From contig JAYQJW010000002.1 in the NCBI GenBank assembly GCA_038142325.1, forward strand, positions 1-64,000: a stretch of 64,000 bases of DNA, given 5' to 3'. The notes under the pieces were generated by a model, which worked only from the letters and a program-made list of their open reading frames with translations, had not been told where the DNA came from and did no database searches. Origin of the DNA: Gammaproteobacteria bacterium (GTDB lineage Bacteria > Pseudomonadota > Gammaproteobacteria > GCA-002705445 > GCA-002716945). Below are positions 13,801-26,182 of this stretch, in pieces. Made by a program: the position numbers and the translations under genes. The number at the start of each line of letters is the position of its first letter. Position 1 is the first letter of the stretch.

Positions 13801-13849
13801 CAAGTTGATTTTTTGAAAAAAATCTGATTAACGTAGTTAAAGAAATTAT

Positions 13850-14591
13850 ATATTTTAAAATATACATTACTCAATAAATGATCTAAATTTTGGAACTTTT
13901 GAATTTAGATATTTTGAAAAGAATATTATGTTCGATTATAATGTTTATCTTTTCCGTTTATGGTGAGAGCATTCTGAATGCATGCGGAATTTAGAAAATG
14001 ATTCAGCTAGAGTTATAACATTTACAATTTTTTAAAATTCTAGTATAGAAATCTGTATCGCCAAGTAGTTGATAAGTTGAATCGAAACACCAATTTTTTC
14101 AAAAACTGAGGATCTCCAGAATGAGAAGGTTGACCAATCATAGAATAGTTACATGATGCATAATTTCTCCAATCTTTTTGGATAATTTCTTTTAAATAGA
14201 TATGTACTATCTGCATCAACAAAATCCATAGAGCCATATAGAAACTCTATGTGATTATTTTCTTTAAAGTAATTGACAACTTTTTCAATAGAATTATGAT
14301 ACAACAGTCATCACTGTTTAAATATGTAAAAAATTTTCCTTTTGCATACATTGATGCCTTTATTGATTGCATCATACATTCCTTTGTCCGGTTCAGAAAT
14401 GACTGTGAAATTTTATCTTTATATTTCCTGATGAATTTATCAAGAGTTGCATCACTAGAACCTCCATCCACGATTATATATTCAATGTTTTTGTATGTTT
14501 GATTGAAAATTGATTGAATTGTTTCTTCTATGTAATTTTCACTGTTTAAGGTAGGTGTAACTATTGAAAATAATGAATTATCTTGATGCAC
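13850..14591 (-). CDS. Glycosyltransferase family 2 (fragmented)
   Basis: FSIVTPTLNSE.YIEETIQS, IVDGGSSD, YLNSDD, IGQPS; end approximate. Confidence 0.78.
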
Positions 14592-14679
14592 AATTCATTG
14601 TTTTTCAAGATATTGAAAAATTAAAAATATTGAATGAGTTTTTTTTATTAGTTTTCGAAACTATTGCGGATAGAGCGAA

Positions 14680-15626
14680 ATAACTCTTCAGAAGATAGTA
14701 GATAATCAATCACACACTTGGCGTCACATTTTGGAGCCCAATCTAAGCTTTTCTTTAATGTCTGATGAATTAGCTATCTTGTATTTTATATCAGATTTTC
14801 TTAAGAATTATCACTGACTTTTATGTACTCATTATAGTCAAGATTGATATTTAGAAAAGAATACTCCAATAGCTCCCTGATAGAATAATTATTAGGACTA
14901 CATATTATTACTTCATTTTCATTACTTTTCATAAGAAGATAAAAAGCCTTTAACAAATTCTTCAGAAAACCCCAGTTTCTAACAATATCAATATTTCCGA
15001 AAATAAGTTTTTCATTTTTGTCATATTTTTTATCATTCAAGTAGTTGCAGATTTTTTTAACACATACTTATTTTCTCTTAACTTTGATTCATGATTAAAC
15101 AAGAATGCATTTTTATATCAATGCCATTAGAGAGAGTTCATATTTTTTGGATAATTTATATATATAGTTTTTAGATTTAGAATATGGAGAATTATCATTC
15201 AATGAGTATTTATATTAATGTAGTATTGCCGATATCCGAAAAGCAGTCTGATGACATTGGATTAAATATCTTTATCTTTGGATTAGCATTAGTTATTGAC
15301 TTTAGAATATATTCAAATGGTTCAACAAATGATATAAACGTCTCGCCGGATGTTTCAAATGAATATTAATATCAGATTGTCCTGAAAGGTAATAAATTTG
15401 ATCTTGGTTTTATTATCGTCTATAAGTGGTTTTAATATCTTGAGTTTGTTTTTTGCTCTATAATGACATCTTCTGAATGTATTTTGGCTCATAAAAGTCA
15501 ATAAATCTTTTTTTTGGTTGAACTTTTGAGATCTCTTGTTACAGACGTATATCTTTTTTAAAGACAAAAGGTATTTTGTCAGATAAAATCCATCCTGTCC
15601 TGATACACCATATATTAAAGCTTCAT
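14680..15626 (-). CDS. Divergent GDP-mannose 4,6-dehydratase-like NAD-dependent sugar enzyme (fragmented)
   Basis: GVSGQDGFYL, SSDCFG, SPYSKSK, LFNHES, GNIDIVRNWG. Confidence 0.65.
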
Positions 15627-16745
15627 TATTTTACAGCAAAGAGGTATAAATTTTTTAGTAGATGAAACCATCTTATCTATTGTAAATGTTTTAGTACCTT
15701 ACGACATTTATCTAATATATTTTCATAATCATCAGTACACAAATCAAGAATATATTTAAGTTTTTCAATTAAGGTCATTTTATCATCGAAGTAAATAAAC
15801 TATCTTTGCCTATTTCTCTAAAAACATGGGATGTTAGAACACAATCGGAATGCAAGAAGAATTTACAGACTCTATTATTGGGATACCAAAACCCTCATAT
15901 AATGATGGAAAAGACGAAGACTTTAGATTGATTGTAGAGCAATAGTGAGGTCATTTTTCGGATCCACCAGATACAAATTGAATACATTTTGACAAGTCCC
16001 ATCTGCTTCCAATAATGTTTTTCTCATGGGATGAAACTTTCTCACCACCAAAACATATTAACTAAAATTGATCCGTAGAGTATCTTAGTTTGATAATGAA
16101 TCAAAAAGAATTCTAAAATTTTTATAATAATTTCTATTTCCAACATATAAATTATGTTTTTTGTTTTACGATTTTCAGCTTCATTATTGAATGAACTTGA
16201 TGCATTAAGGTAGACTACAGATATCTTATTCTCATTGATATCTGTATACTTAAGAATATCTTTTTTGGTAGTATGTGATATTGCTATTATATGATCTGAC
16301 TCTTTCATTGCTTTATTTTTTTTCGAATAAGTCTATTGTTATTTGGTAACTTAAATTCATCGCCGAAATTTTTCATTAATCATGTCATAAACAGTAACTA
16401 CCTTTCGTGACTTATTGTTTTCAAAAGAAAGAGCTATAAAACGTACTATGATAAATAAAGTTTGATTTATTGATACTCAAATTTTTGACTGTCTTGTTTA
16501 TTAATATGTTATTTAACAAATGATTAATTATAAGTAGTTTGGTTTTTACATTGATATATCTACCTGAAATTTTTTTATAATTTTCATTCTGATATTCTTT
16601 GAGATGAATATTATTATGGAAAAATATGAGGGAGTATTACATTATTATTTCTTTTAATCATCTCTGACATCAGATCTGTGTAGTATCGAGAAATTCCACC
16701 AAATTTTTGGTTTGAAAAGATTTCTGGAGTGTATATTATTTCCAT
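15623..16745 (-). CDS. Glycosyltransferase family 4 (fragmented)
   Basis: EIFSNQKFGGISRYY, TVYDM, IIAISHTTKKD, FPSLYEGFGIPIIE. Confidence 0.8.
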
Positions 16746-16820
16746 TTTATAGCGCAAACGTGCCTAACTGTAATTAGTGTATACCTGAACTGTCGTTCAA
16801 TTGATATTATTTTTTGGCAT

Positions 16821-17884
16821 TATTCGTTCATCCATTTATTCTCTAAAACAAAATAAATGCTAACATTGCTATTCTGTATTTCTTTTCAATAATTTTCATC
16901 AATTAACTTTTCAGTTGAAATAATAATACCATCGAATTTAGATTTTTTATCTTTAATATCATTGATATGCTTTAAGAGCATTGGTTGACCATATCGTTCT
17001 ATCTCTGCTTCTTGGCCCATGATGTTCATCTGCCTATTCTTGCAGCAGCCTTCTATGAGAATATGCTGAGCTGAGGTATCTAGTACTTTGCTGCCTCTAA
17101 TATATTTTAGAAATTTATAGTCTTTATTTTTATACCTATGTGTTAGGGTATCGTTTTCGAATTTAAGGTAAGTAGATAAATCTTTATTTGATGTTGAATC
17201 ATTCACATTACCAAATCGAAAATCAAAAGACATCCTCTCTATGTTTGTTTCATTACTTAGCGAGCTATGCAACTGATTGGAATCAAAAATTAACGCAGAC
17301 TCATCAGGAGGGAGCGCGGGCATAGTTTCACAGTCAAGTAAATCAAACTCTTTTTGCTAATAATTCTGGGTTAGATGAGTAATAATTCACTAATTTTTGA
17401 TTACAATCGGGCGATAAAACTAGTTGAAAAGTTGCACCTGGACTGATTCCTTTTATTGGCACCCAAACAGTTCTAAAAAGTTTCGCCGTGACCATACCAG
17501 AAATCCGTATGCCAACTTGTTGCCATGATCGCCGGGCGAAATATTCTCGGTGTTGGAACAGGTTGAACTACAAACTCATTAATTGGTATTTTATATTTCA
17601 CGCATAATTCTTTGCAAAATTTATTTATAATTATTTTGAATTCTTTTGATCTAAAATAACTAAAGAATACAGATCTTATATCATTACCTGATGTTGTTTT
17701 TTCCATCAATGCCTAAATTAAGGAGATGTTTAAAAGTGAGTTTTTAAATTCGCTTATATATCGGCTATTTAAATATTCGTGCATATGAAAATTATACTAT
17801 GACTAGTATGGGAATTCGTAATTCTTAATGTGATTTTCTAAATGGAATATAAAATAAAAATATTCAGTACAATTATATATGCAT
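16821..17884 (-). CDS. Putative 2OG-Fe(II) oxygenase fused to an LIC12192-like carbohydrate-cluster domain (frameshifted)
   Basis: PTPRIFRP..WHTDFWYGH, TVWVP, LIFDSNQLH, NET..RMSFDFR; C-terminal KYI..Q..I..CC..E..ML..DGIIIS..YFVLE; start approximate. Confidence 0.6.
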
Positions 17885-17889
17885 ATAGT

Positions 17890-19075
17890 TATCAAGTAAA
17901 CCTCTCAAGAAATTCTGAAATAGTTTTATACTCCAGAAAATTAAAAGTAAGAACTAGAGCAAATACAAACAGCGTGTTAATGAAAGCCAAAGATATGTTC
18001 TTTTCTGTGTAGTGATTAGAAAAAGTGAAGAATGAGCTAACTTGAAGAAGTACAAGAATAATCATCTGTAAAGAATAAAATTCAAAAAACTTTTATATGA
18101 CTGGTCGAAAAGAGAATCATAAAAGAATATAATCAAGTAATAATAAGCTACAGACACAATTACAAGTAAAACTGATATTGAAGCAATGATCATATATATG
18201 AAGCGTAAATTTTTTAATTTAATCTGATCTAATAAATAAGGACCAGTAACTTTATTAATGGCTATAGCTATAAAAAATATTAGTTGATTTAAAGATGTGC
18301 CAAATGCATACAAACCAAAGTCATACAGGCCAAAGATTTTTTCTATAAAATATTTATCTATATTCATAATAAAAAATACAAATAGCGAGGATATGATAAT
18401 TGGTAATGATTGGGAAAGAAGCCCAGTGTACTTTTCGAAAATGAAAGCTGGATACTGATAAAAATTTATAACCTATTCTATGAAACATATATAGTAAGCC
18501 AATTGAATAGGCAATAACTATTCCATATATTCTTGAAAGCCAATTCATCTCAAAAGTAATCAAAAATAATAATGTTGCTAGTAAAATAATTGAGGAGATT
18601 ATTATTTGAATTTTTTAATATTTCTCTAGGATTTTTCTCATACTGATGAAATGTAAGTATTATTTGATTTAAAGCAAATAGGAAAGCAATAATTATAGAT
18701 ATTATGATGTACTGAGTTATTGGTATATATTGTTCAATCGATGATACATTTGGTATTACATTTGATAGTGAAGTAATAACTATAAAATATGCTGCGGATG
18801 TTATAGCCATTAATAACAAACATATTCTTAGATACGCCGTTATGTCTTTCTTAAGATATGCGAAAAGTTTTGTATGAGAATAGTATCTAGGCCGAGACCT
18901 ATTAAAATGACAATTAATGAATTAAAAAAAGAATAAAATAATTTAGTAGGCCAGATTCGTTAACAGATAAGTATATTGTTAATATAGGAAGAATAAAACC
19001 TACAACTCTGCTCAATGATAATGCAAATGAGTATGTAAAAAAAAATCTCCTACTATTTTCTTTAAGTTTTATAAC
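17890..19075 (-). CDS. wzx: Wzx-type oligosaccharide flippase (fragmented)
   Basis: Hydrophobic fragments 18550-18819, 18354-18563 and 18062-18367 with NIDKYFI...FGLYAFG; boundaries approximate. Confidence 0.7.
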
Positions 19076-19163
19076 TGAATCTCCTATGTCTTATTTTATG
19101 TTACGATTGTATTTGATTATGTAATAAAATGTTGCATTATATCAATTAAATATAAAAGAGAAC

Positions 19164-19812
19164 TTGGAAGTGAAATATCCAAAACTATTTTATAAAGACA
19201 CAGGAATGTATATAGATTTAGACCAGCTGAAACAGCTCCCGCCTATAGACACTTTAATAGATATTGGCGTAGCACCGCATGGTACTCCTGAATTATATGA
19301 GCTATTCAATGATGCGAATCTCATTCTTATAGATCCATTGTATGAATCAGAAAAATATGCAAAAGAAAATTAACTCAAGAGGCTATAAATTCTACGAGAC
19401 AGCAGTAGGCTCTGAGAACAAGAAAATGAAAATGAATATCTTTTCTGAAACCGGTTTGTCTTCACTCTTGGAAACATCTAAAATAAACTTTACAGATGAA
19501 CCTATCGAAAAAGATCAGTTGATGTCACTACACTGGATGAATTGCTTGGAAATGAGAAAGGGGTTGGGAAATTTAGGAATAAAATTGGATACTGAGGGTT
19601 ATGAATTAGAAGCCATAAAAGGAGCTGGAGAAATACTCAAGAAGACTAAGTTTGTTCTTTCTGAAACTCGACATAATCATGAATCGCTTGTGAATGTCTA
19701 TAAACTACATGAGTTTGTTAATGAGATGCATAAAAATAATTTTATTCTAACTAAAATAATAACTGCAAAGCCGTTTATTGCTGATTTAGTTTTCAACCTT
19801 TGTGTGAAGTAG
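19164..19812 (+). CDS. FkbM family methyltransferase (frameshifted)
   Basis: LIDIGVA..GT, IDP, AVG, IKLDTEGYELEAIKGA. Confidence 0.82.
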
Positions 19813-19857
19813 ATCAAATTAATTAAAAAGTATCTAGTCTATGTCTCATGAGTAATA

Positions 19858-20474
19858 ATGAAAAATAATAGTTTAGAAGAAGTATATTATACGGTGCCTC
19901 ATATCCAGATTCGATCAAAATAATAGAGCAATTTTCTATTTTAATATTCTGGAATTATAGATGATACGCAAAAGCTAAAAGGTACAGATTTCTTTTGCAG
20001 TATAGAGTAGTTGGAGGAATTGACTATTGTGATAATAAAAATCTTAATATAATAAATAATGTTTTTAATAGTTCTCATGACCGATTTGAAGTATATAAAA
20101 AATTATTGAAACCTAATATCAAAATTAAATCTATTCTACCTCCAATAATAAACTATGATTATGTTCAAATTGGAAATGGGGTTTGTATTAATACTGGAGT
20201 GAAATTAGGAGCAGATTCAGTTTTGGGTGATAATGTTGCAATTAGATATAACTCTGTGGATAAATCATGGATGTAAAATAGGTAATCATGTTTTTATTGG
20301 TCTGGAGTAACTCTTTGTGAAATATAATTATAGAAGACTTTGTTATATAGGTGCGGGAGCTACAATACTGCCTAATTTAAAATTGGAAAATTCAATAATT
20401 GGAGCAGGCTCAGTTGTTACAAAAGACATTAGGGGAAATCAAAAGTTTATGGTGTTCCTGCATCTGAAATGTAA
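19858..20474 (+). CDS. Sugar acetyltransferase, NeuD/PglD-like left-handed beta helix (fragmented)
   Basis: N-terminal YGA..DD, hexapeptide repeats QIGNGVCI/VLGDNVAI, YIGAGATILP, IIGAGSVVTKD, YGVPA. Confidence 0.75.
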
Positions 20475-20536
20475 CCATAGATTGATGCCTCTTTCAACAA
20501 TAATCCTCTATGTAAATGACATATTAGATTGCGTTC

Positions 20537-21242
20537 TTATTTTCGACATTTAAATAATAGTCTTTTGTGTCCGTTCAAGTGAGTCTCATTCTCGCTTATA
20601 ATCTCCTATAGACAAAGCAACCAAAAGATTCAAATATCTTTATCATTTCAGCTCTTGTATTGTTGTTAAGGAATGACATAAAAGCTTCGGTCCAATATTG
20701 TTCTTTCTCTTCATACTCACCAGTCTCAAAAAAGTGTCCTTGGCATTCCATAGATAGTGTCCTATCAAAATATGGATTACTATCATAGCCTTGAAAAATC
20801 ATACAATGTGATGAAAAACATAAAAAAGCAGATAATATCTGACGATTTAAAAGTATCAACATTTTTTACATTAATCTCCTCATTGATAAAAAAAGCTTTT
20901 TTAAAGTCATTTAAATCTGCAAGTCCATCTTTGAGAAAACATAAAGAAGGATAACTCATTTCTACGTAATAGAAGTAAATCTAATTTTCAGCATTGAAGA
21001 CAAGTAATGTTGCGAGATCAATATCCATGAACGATGTTAGGCTAATCTATATTTTTAGATATGCTCTCCATCTAAGTCTGACGGTCTCTTTACCTGTAGA
21101 ATCTTTTTTTAAAAAAAATATTCGTTTGCCATTAGTAAATGCAGGTTGATAGTTCTCATTTTTAGAGAAATATTTCAATAGGTTTATAAAAACGATTTTT
21201 TAGAGCTACAAAAATATAGTTAAATAGTCTAATAAATTTCAT
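20537..21242 (-). CDS. Class I SAM-dependent methyltransferase resembling the WbdD methyltransferase domain (fragmented)
   Basis: Motifs in order across frames: YQPAF, R..DLRW, MDI(G), FHHIV, FFETGEYEEK..YW, ETHL..HKRLL. Confidence 0.55.
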
Positions 21243-22112
21243 TTTTAAGAATCTCACTTATGTTTAAAATTTCATTTTCTCTTCTAATATCAAATGAAGT
21301 ATCACTAAGATAGTATGACACAAATCTATTAATCCAGAGTTTCATAAATAATTTCGATATGTTGTGTATTATTTCCTAAATGATGGGCAATAATTGTACA
21401 ATATAATAAATTAATTCTGATTTGGCCTTGAAAGACTTTGTTTTAAATGTACTTAACAAATCGGAATAGTAGTACCTTTTTTATAAAGCATCAAGTTAAT
21501 CAATTCCACAAATTCGGAAAACTACAACACATTCTATCCGCATCGTAAAAATAATATGCAAGAGTCTTTTTTTGTTATATTATCAAATGAGTCACATGTA
21601 GCAAACATATTTTGAATGTTTTGATTTATATTAAGACGCTTTTCAATAGGGATACATAGATTACTGTATCTCTTTTTGTAATTGTTGGGTACATTCGTTA
21701 AAATTGCTGGCCTCTTGCCCATAGCCTACCAGTTGATTCTCACCTCGATCACGTTTCGTATACAATCTAGATAAAGTAGCTATTATCTATTTATGATCAG
21801 ATAAAAACATATTTTTATCAGTTGTGTTTTGTAGTCAAGTCGCCGTCCGATGTTTCTGGTGATATTGCAAGGTCGGAAGTGACAATATTATCAGTGGTTT
21901 TGGAAATAGAATTTGAACATTTTGAATTCCTGAATATTCATTAGTGACTGGTAGTTTCTAATATTAGAATCTTTACCTCTACTATGTGATATTTTAATTA
22001 CTTCATCCGAATTAATAATAATGAGAGTATTTTTAAATGAATAAAATATGTTAGTTTCTAATGCGACCAATCTTATTTTATTAACTACAGCAGCAGGTAA
22101 AATAATTATCAT
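21240..22112 (-). CDS. Possible phosphotransferase/kinase-like protein (fragmented)
   Basis: Near 21533-21603 a H(G)D..FDNI...DADR pattern appears only if missing bases are assumed. Confidence 0.3.
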
Positions 22113-22269
22113 TTACTCTTTTAATAATCGTAAATTTAGAGTCACTATAGTTATATGGAATAGAAATACTTTTGAAGAGCTAAAAATTATCTATTGCACA
22201 GCATACTTACAATGAATAACTGGAGATAAATGGTAATTAATTTCAATTCCTACATCACAAAGTCCTAAT

Positions 22270-23808
22270 TTAAGAATCTTTTAATTTTCTATATTGATTG
22301 ATAACGCCACGATTGTTATTGTAAAGTTTATATCCCGCATGTTGGAAATCTGCCAAGAGCTTCTTACGTATAAGTTTTTATTATAAAATACTTTACAATT
22401 TAGATCTACTACTCCGGATGATTCATCTTCGGACATTGGCCGTGCCCATATGGTGTCCAAAGTGCGGCCATGATAAGATGTTGACCCCAGTCACCCACTT
22501 CTGGGTTCTCGACCTATGAGAATAAATCAACGAATAAATCCTTTTGACTTTTGATATCTTCTTTTTAGTAATTTATGATTTTGCTTATGAATCGTTTATC
22601 TTCATCTGAAATGAACCATTTTTAATTTGAATTTGTATACTTTGTATTCATCTACATCCTCTTTCATAATTATGCAACTATTAATATTTGGTTTGATTCG
22701 GACATTATTCTAATATATAAACATTCTTTTGATAATCAAAATTGATCTTTTATTTTTGAATCTTTGGTATATGACTGGTATTAAAATCATGTAGGGATCG
22801 ATAGGAACAGATACAAACAAGGGTACGACATTCGTCTTCTCTAAATAGTTGAACAAGCTTGAAGTTATTTTTGATGGAATATTTTTTAGGTATCAAATAA
22901 AAACCAATAATAGAATTAAATAATTTTGGGATTCTTTTGTATATATTTTTATGTTTAAACCTGGTTTAATCTCTTGGCCAGTTACCAACTTGATATCCTT
23001 ATGATTTGAAAAATTATCGACATTTTTGCCCAATTAAAGTACTCAATAAAAAATTGGCATTGGATGTTCTGCAAAGTATTTTCCTATATTATTCTAACTT
23101 ACTTTAGGTAGTATATTTTCTTTTTAATTTGATGAAAGTATTCTTGCATTTTCTAGCCCTCCGGTAGCTAATACTACATATTTAGATTTTACAGTATATT
23201 TTTCTTCAAGTTGAAGCCACTTCTACCATATCAATACTATTTTGATTAAGTTTCATGTTAGTAAATGTTGCATTTAAGAGCACGCTAATATTTTGATGCA
23301 TACAACTTTTGATAAAAAATTTCTCCTAATCTATATGGGTACTTACAAAATATCCATTTAGTTATCAAAATTCCTGTATGTAAATTTATTCATTTTATTA
23401 CAAGTTTTATCTTTGAAACTTACAGATAAATCTAGGAATCTCTCTGCTTTATCAAGATATTTCTCATACTCCTCATAACCAAAAGGCCAATCATATTCAG
23501 GTCTTGATCTGCTCTCAAAGTCACATCTAGAAAGCGGAATATTATTGCCTCCCAAAAATAACTAGACCCTCCTAAAACTCTGGCTCTTTGCATATTAAGG
23601 ATTTGTATAGGATAATCCAACGTTATCATAGTTTGTTAGTTTACTGGTTTTTATATTTATTGTTTTCCACCAGACTCAATGACAAGTTTTTTTATCTGTT
23701 CTAAGAAATTCAAGAGCAATTGCCATTCCCGCTGGTCCAGAGCCTACAATACACAAAGTCATATCCATCTTTACTGATAATATAGCTTTTATCTAAATCA
23801 AATATCAT
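22270..23808 (-). CDS. GMC family FAD-dependent oxidoreductase (fragmented)
   Basis: CIVGSGPAG, IESGG, RVLGGSS..WGG, WPFGYEE, VVLATGGLENARIL, GKYFAEHP, HHMGT, GVVD.NCKV, TIVAL. Confidence 0.8.
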
Positions 23809-23809
23809 G

Positions 23810-25393
23810 TCTATTTATATGAGTTATATCGCCAACAGTCATTCCAAGAATCTTGCCACAAGCATGGTCAATAGCATTGTCCTCGAGATGAGATATTTCT
23901 TGTGAAGATAAAATATGATCATAAAAAGTGAATTTTTGTTTACAATTTTTGATTGAAGACCTTTATTAAAATAAAAGTAAGTAAAATATTTTGCGAATTT
24001 AATTTGCGACTCACTCAGGTACTTATATTGTCCATGCTGGTTTTTATGAAATCTAAATATGATGCTTTGTCTTTAAAATCATTCGTCATTCCTAAGTCGG
24101 AATAAGGGCTTTCGCCTACATTAATTACTGGTTTCCCCCATACATAGACCTCAAGACCGATAGTTCCTCTAACGGTGAACACTATATCGCATAGAGCAAT
24201 CAGAGAATACGTATTGATTTCTGAATTCCCATATAAGAAAACTGATTTTCCTCCCCAAGGTCATTACATATATCATGATAGTCTTGAGAGCATGATTTAT
24301 TGTTCCTCAGGCAACCTCAGCTGGGTGCGCTTTTTACAATAATAAATATGTCATTTTTTTCTTTAGAGATCTCAGAGTTTCTTTAAACCATGACTGATAG
24401 TCTTCGTAAACTGATTTATAATGAAGCGGGTCATCCCAATAAAGGTGACAGGCTAAAAGTACTATTTTTCTATATTTAGTGTTTATTTTAAATTTTTTTC
24501 AAATCATCTTCACAAATTTTTATTGTTTTTGTGATAATAACCTTCAAATAAATAATCATTACCGTTGAATCTTGTTTCAATATATTTTTCTATAAGATCT
24601 TCATGTATGTCTTTCTCTGAATGCTCTCTAACAATATCGATTGTCTCATTACTCAATGATAAATAAAAAGATTTATCTTTTTCCGTGAAGTCTTCAAGCC
24701 TGTTATAACATTTACCGGCAATATAGTCTTTTCCATAAGGTATAAGAGCTACAGTGTATATACCATTAATAAGAGCATTTCCAAATAATGAGCCAAAACC
24801 ATCATAACTCTGATGAGAAATAAGCATCATTTGGGTTTAAACTTTTTACATAATAGCTAGCATTATCCCAATAGGTTTTGCTGAGGATTAATTTATTTGC
24901 ATCAATTGAATCAAAAGGACCCAATTTTTTCATTCCTTAAAATCGTTGTGTAGATATTTACGCCATAATTATAATTATTAATGAAATAACCTAATAGTCT
25001 ATTTCTTGAGACATTTTCACCAGATAATAAGTCATTAAAATCATCAGTGGTGTGAGATTTACCAGCAAGGTTTAAAAATCTTGAATTACTCAATAATCCA
25101 AGGAGTAAATTTGCAAACTTAAATTTATGGAAATATGATTTTACTAAGATGACTGGTACTACTTTATTTTTCGATTTTCTCGCTAATCTTGTGACTACTA
25201 GAAAATATAATATGCTGACTAGATCAAGCAGATTATACCGTCTATGAAATATATATTCTTTTTTTTTCTGCAGCCTCTTTTCTTTGATCGTATCTCTGAA
25301 TTTTTAAAAGATTTACTACTAGAATAATATTTCTTTTACTTAGCACCTCTCTAAAGAGAGATATAATTTTGATTAAATTATTATATACTTCAT
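23810..25393 (-). CDS. Capsule polysaccharide biosynthesis protein, KpsS/KpsC-like glycosyltransferase (fragmented)
   Basis: H..WDD...Y..YQSWFKET, VKAHPAE, INTYSLI...VFTVRGTIGLE..GKPVI.GE.PYS. Confidence 0.55.
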
Positions 25394-25402
25394 GAAGTAT
25401 TT

Positions 25403-26149
25403 TCATTGTTTCCATCCATCACCTTGCTTATATTTCGAATTATATTTACGAATATCATCATTATTTCTCAGTATCTCGACTATTTCCCCCACAGTGCCGT
25501 ATAAATTTAATCTAGACAGTTCATGGTAGATGAATTTTATAACGTCAAGGTCCTCGGGATAATCAAGGGTATATCTGTAATCTGATAAATCATTTGGAGT
25601 AGTCATTATATATGATGAATATCTGTACTGATCCTTCCAAAATTGGAAGGTCACATGCTCATCTGATTTAAATTTGTTATCTTCACGGTATGCATTCTCA
25701 AGTACATCAAAAGAAAAAACACCGACATCAGAGCCATCTGGATAAGTAGATTTTTCTGGGGGAACAGTATTAGCAATGAAATCATACTCATTCTCTAAGT
25801 ACAACGTGAAATTGCCTCATCAATCGTGTCTCTTGAAACAAGCGGACAATCTGCGGTGAGCCTAACTATTATATCTGCTGAATATTTTTTTGCACACAAA
25901 TAGTATCTTTCCAAAACATTATCTAAAGGGCCTCTAAATACAGTCATATTCTTTTCCATGCACAAATCGAATATTTCATCATCTGTGTGATGATTACTTG
26001 TTGCTATAATTACATGATTGGTTTGCACTGAAGAGATGCTCTCTGATAAATTTTTCAAGAACAGTTATACCATCTATTTTCATTAGAACCTTTTTTGGTA
26101 GTCGTTTACTAGAACACCTAGCCTGAATAATGCTGACAACATTTCTCAT
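25403..26149 (-). CDS. SpsF-like cytidylyltransferase (frameshifted)
   Basis: IIQARCSSKRLPKKVL, VIIATS, FRG..DNVLERY, IVRLTADCPL, YPDGSD, EHVT, RYTLDYPEDL. Confidence 0.85.
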
Positions 26150-26182
26150 ATAACCATTCCCAATGCATTACTTATTAGATAC

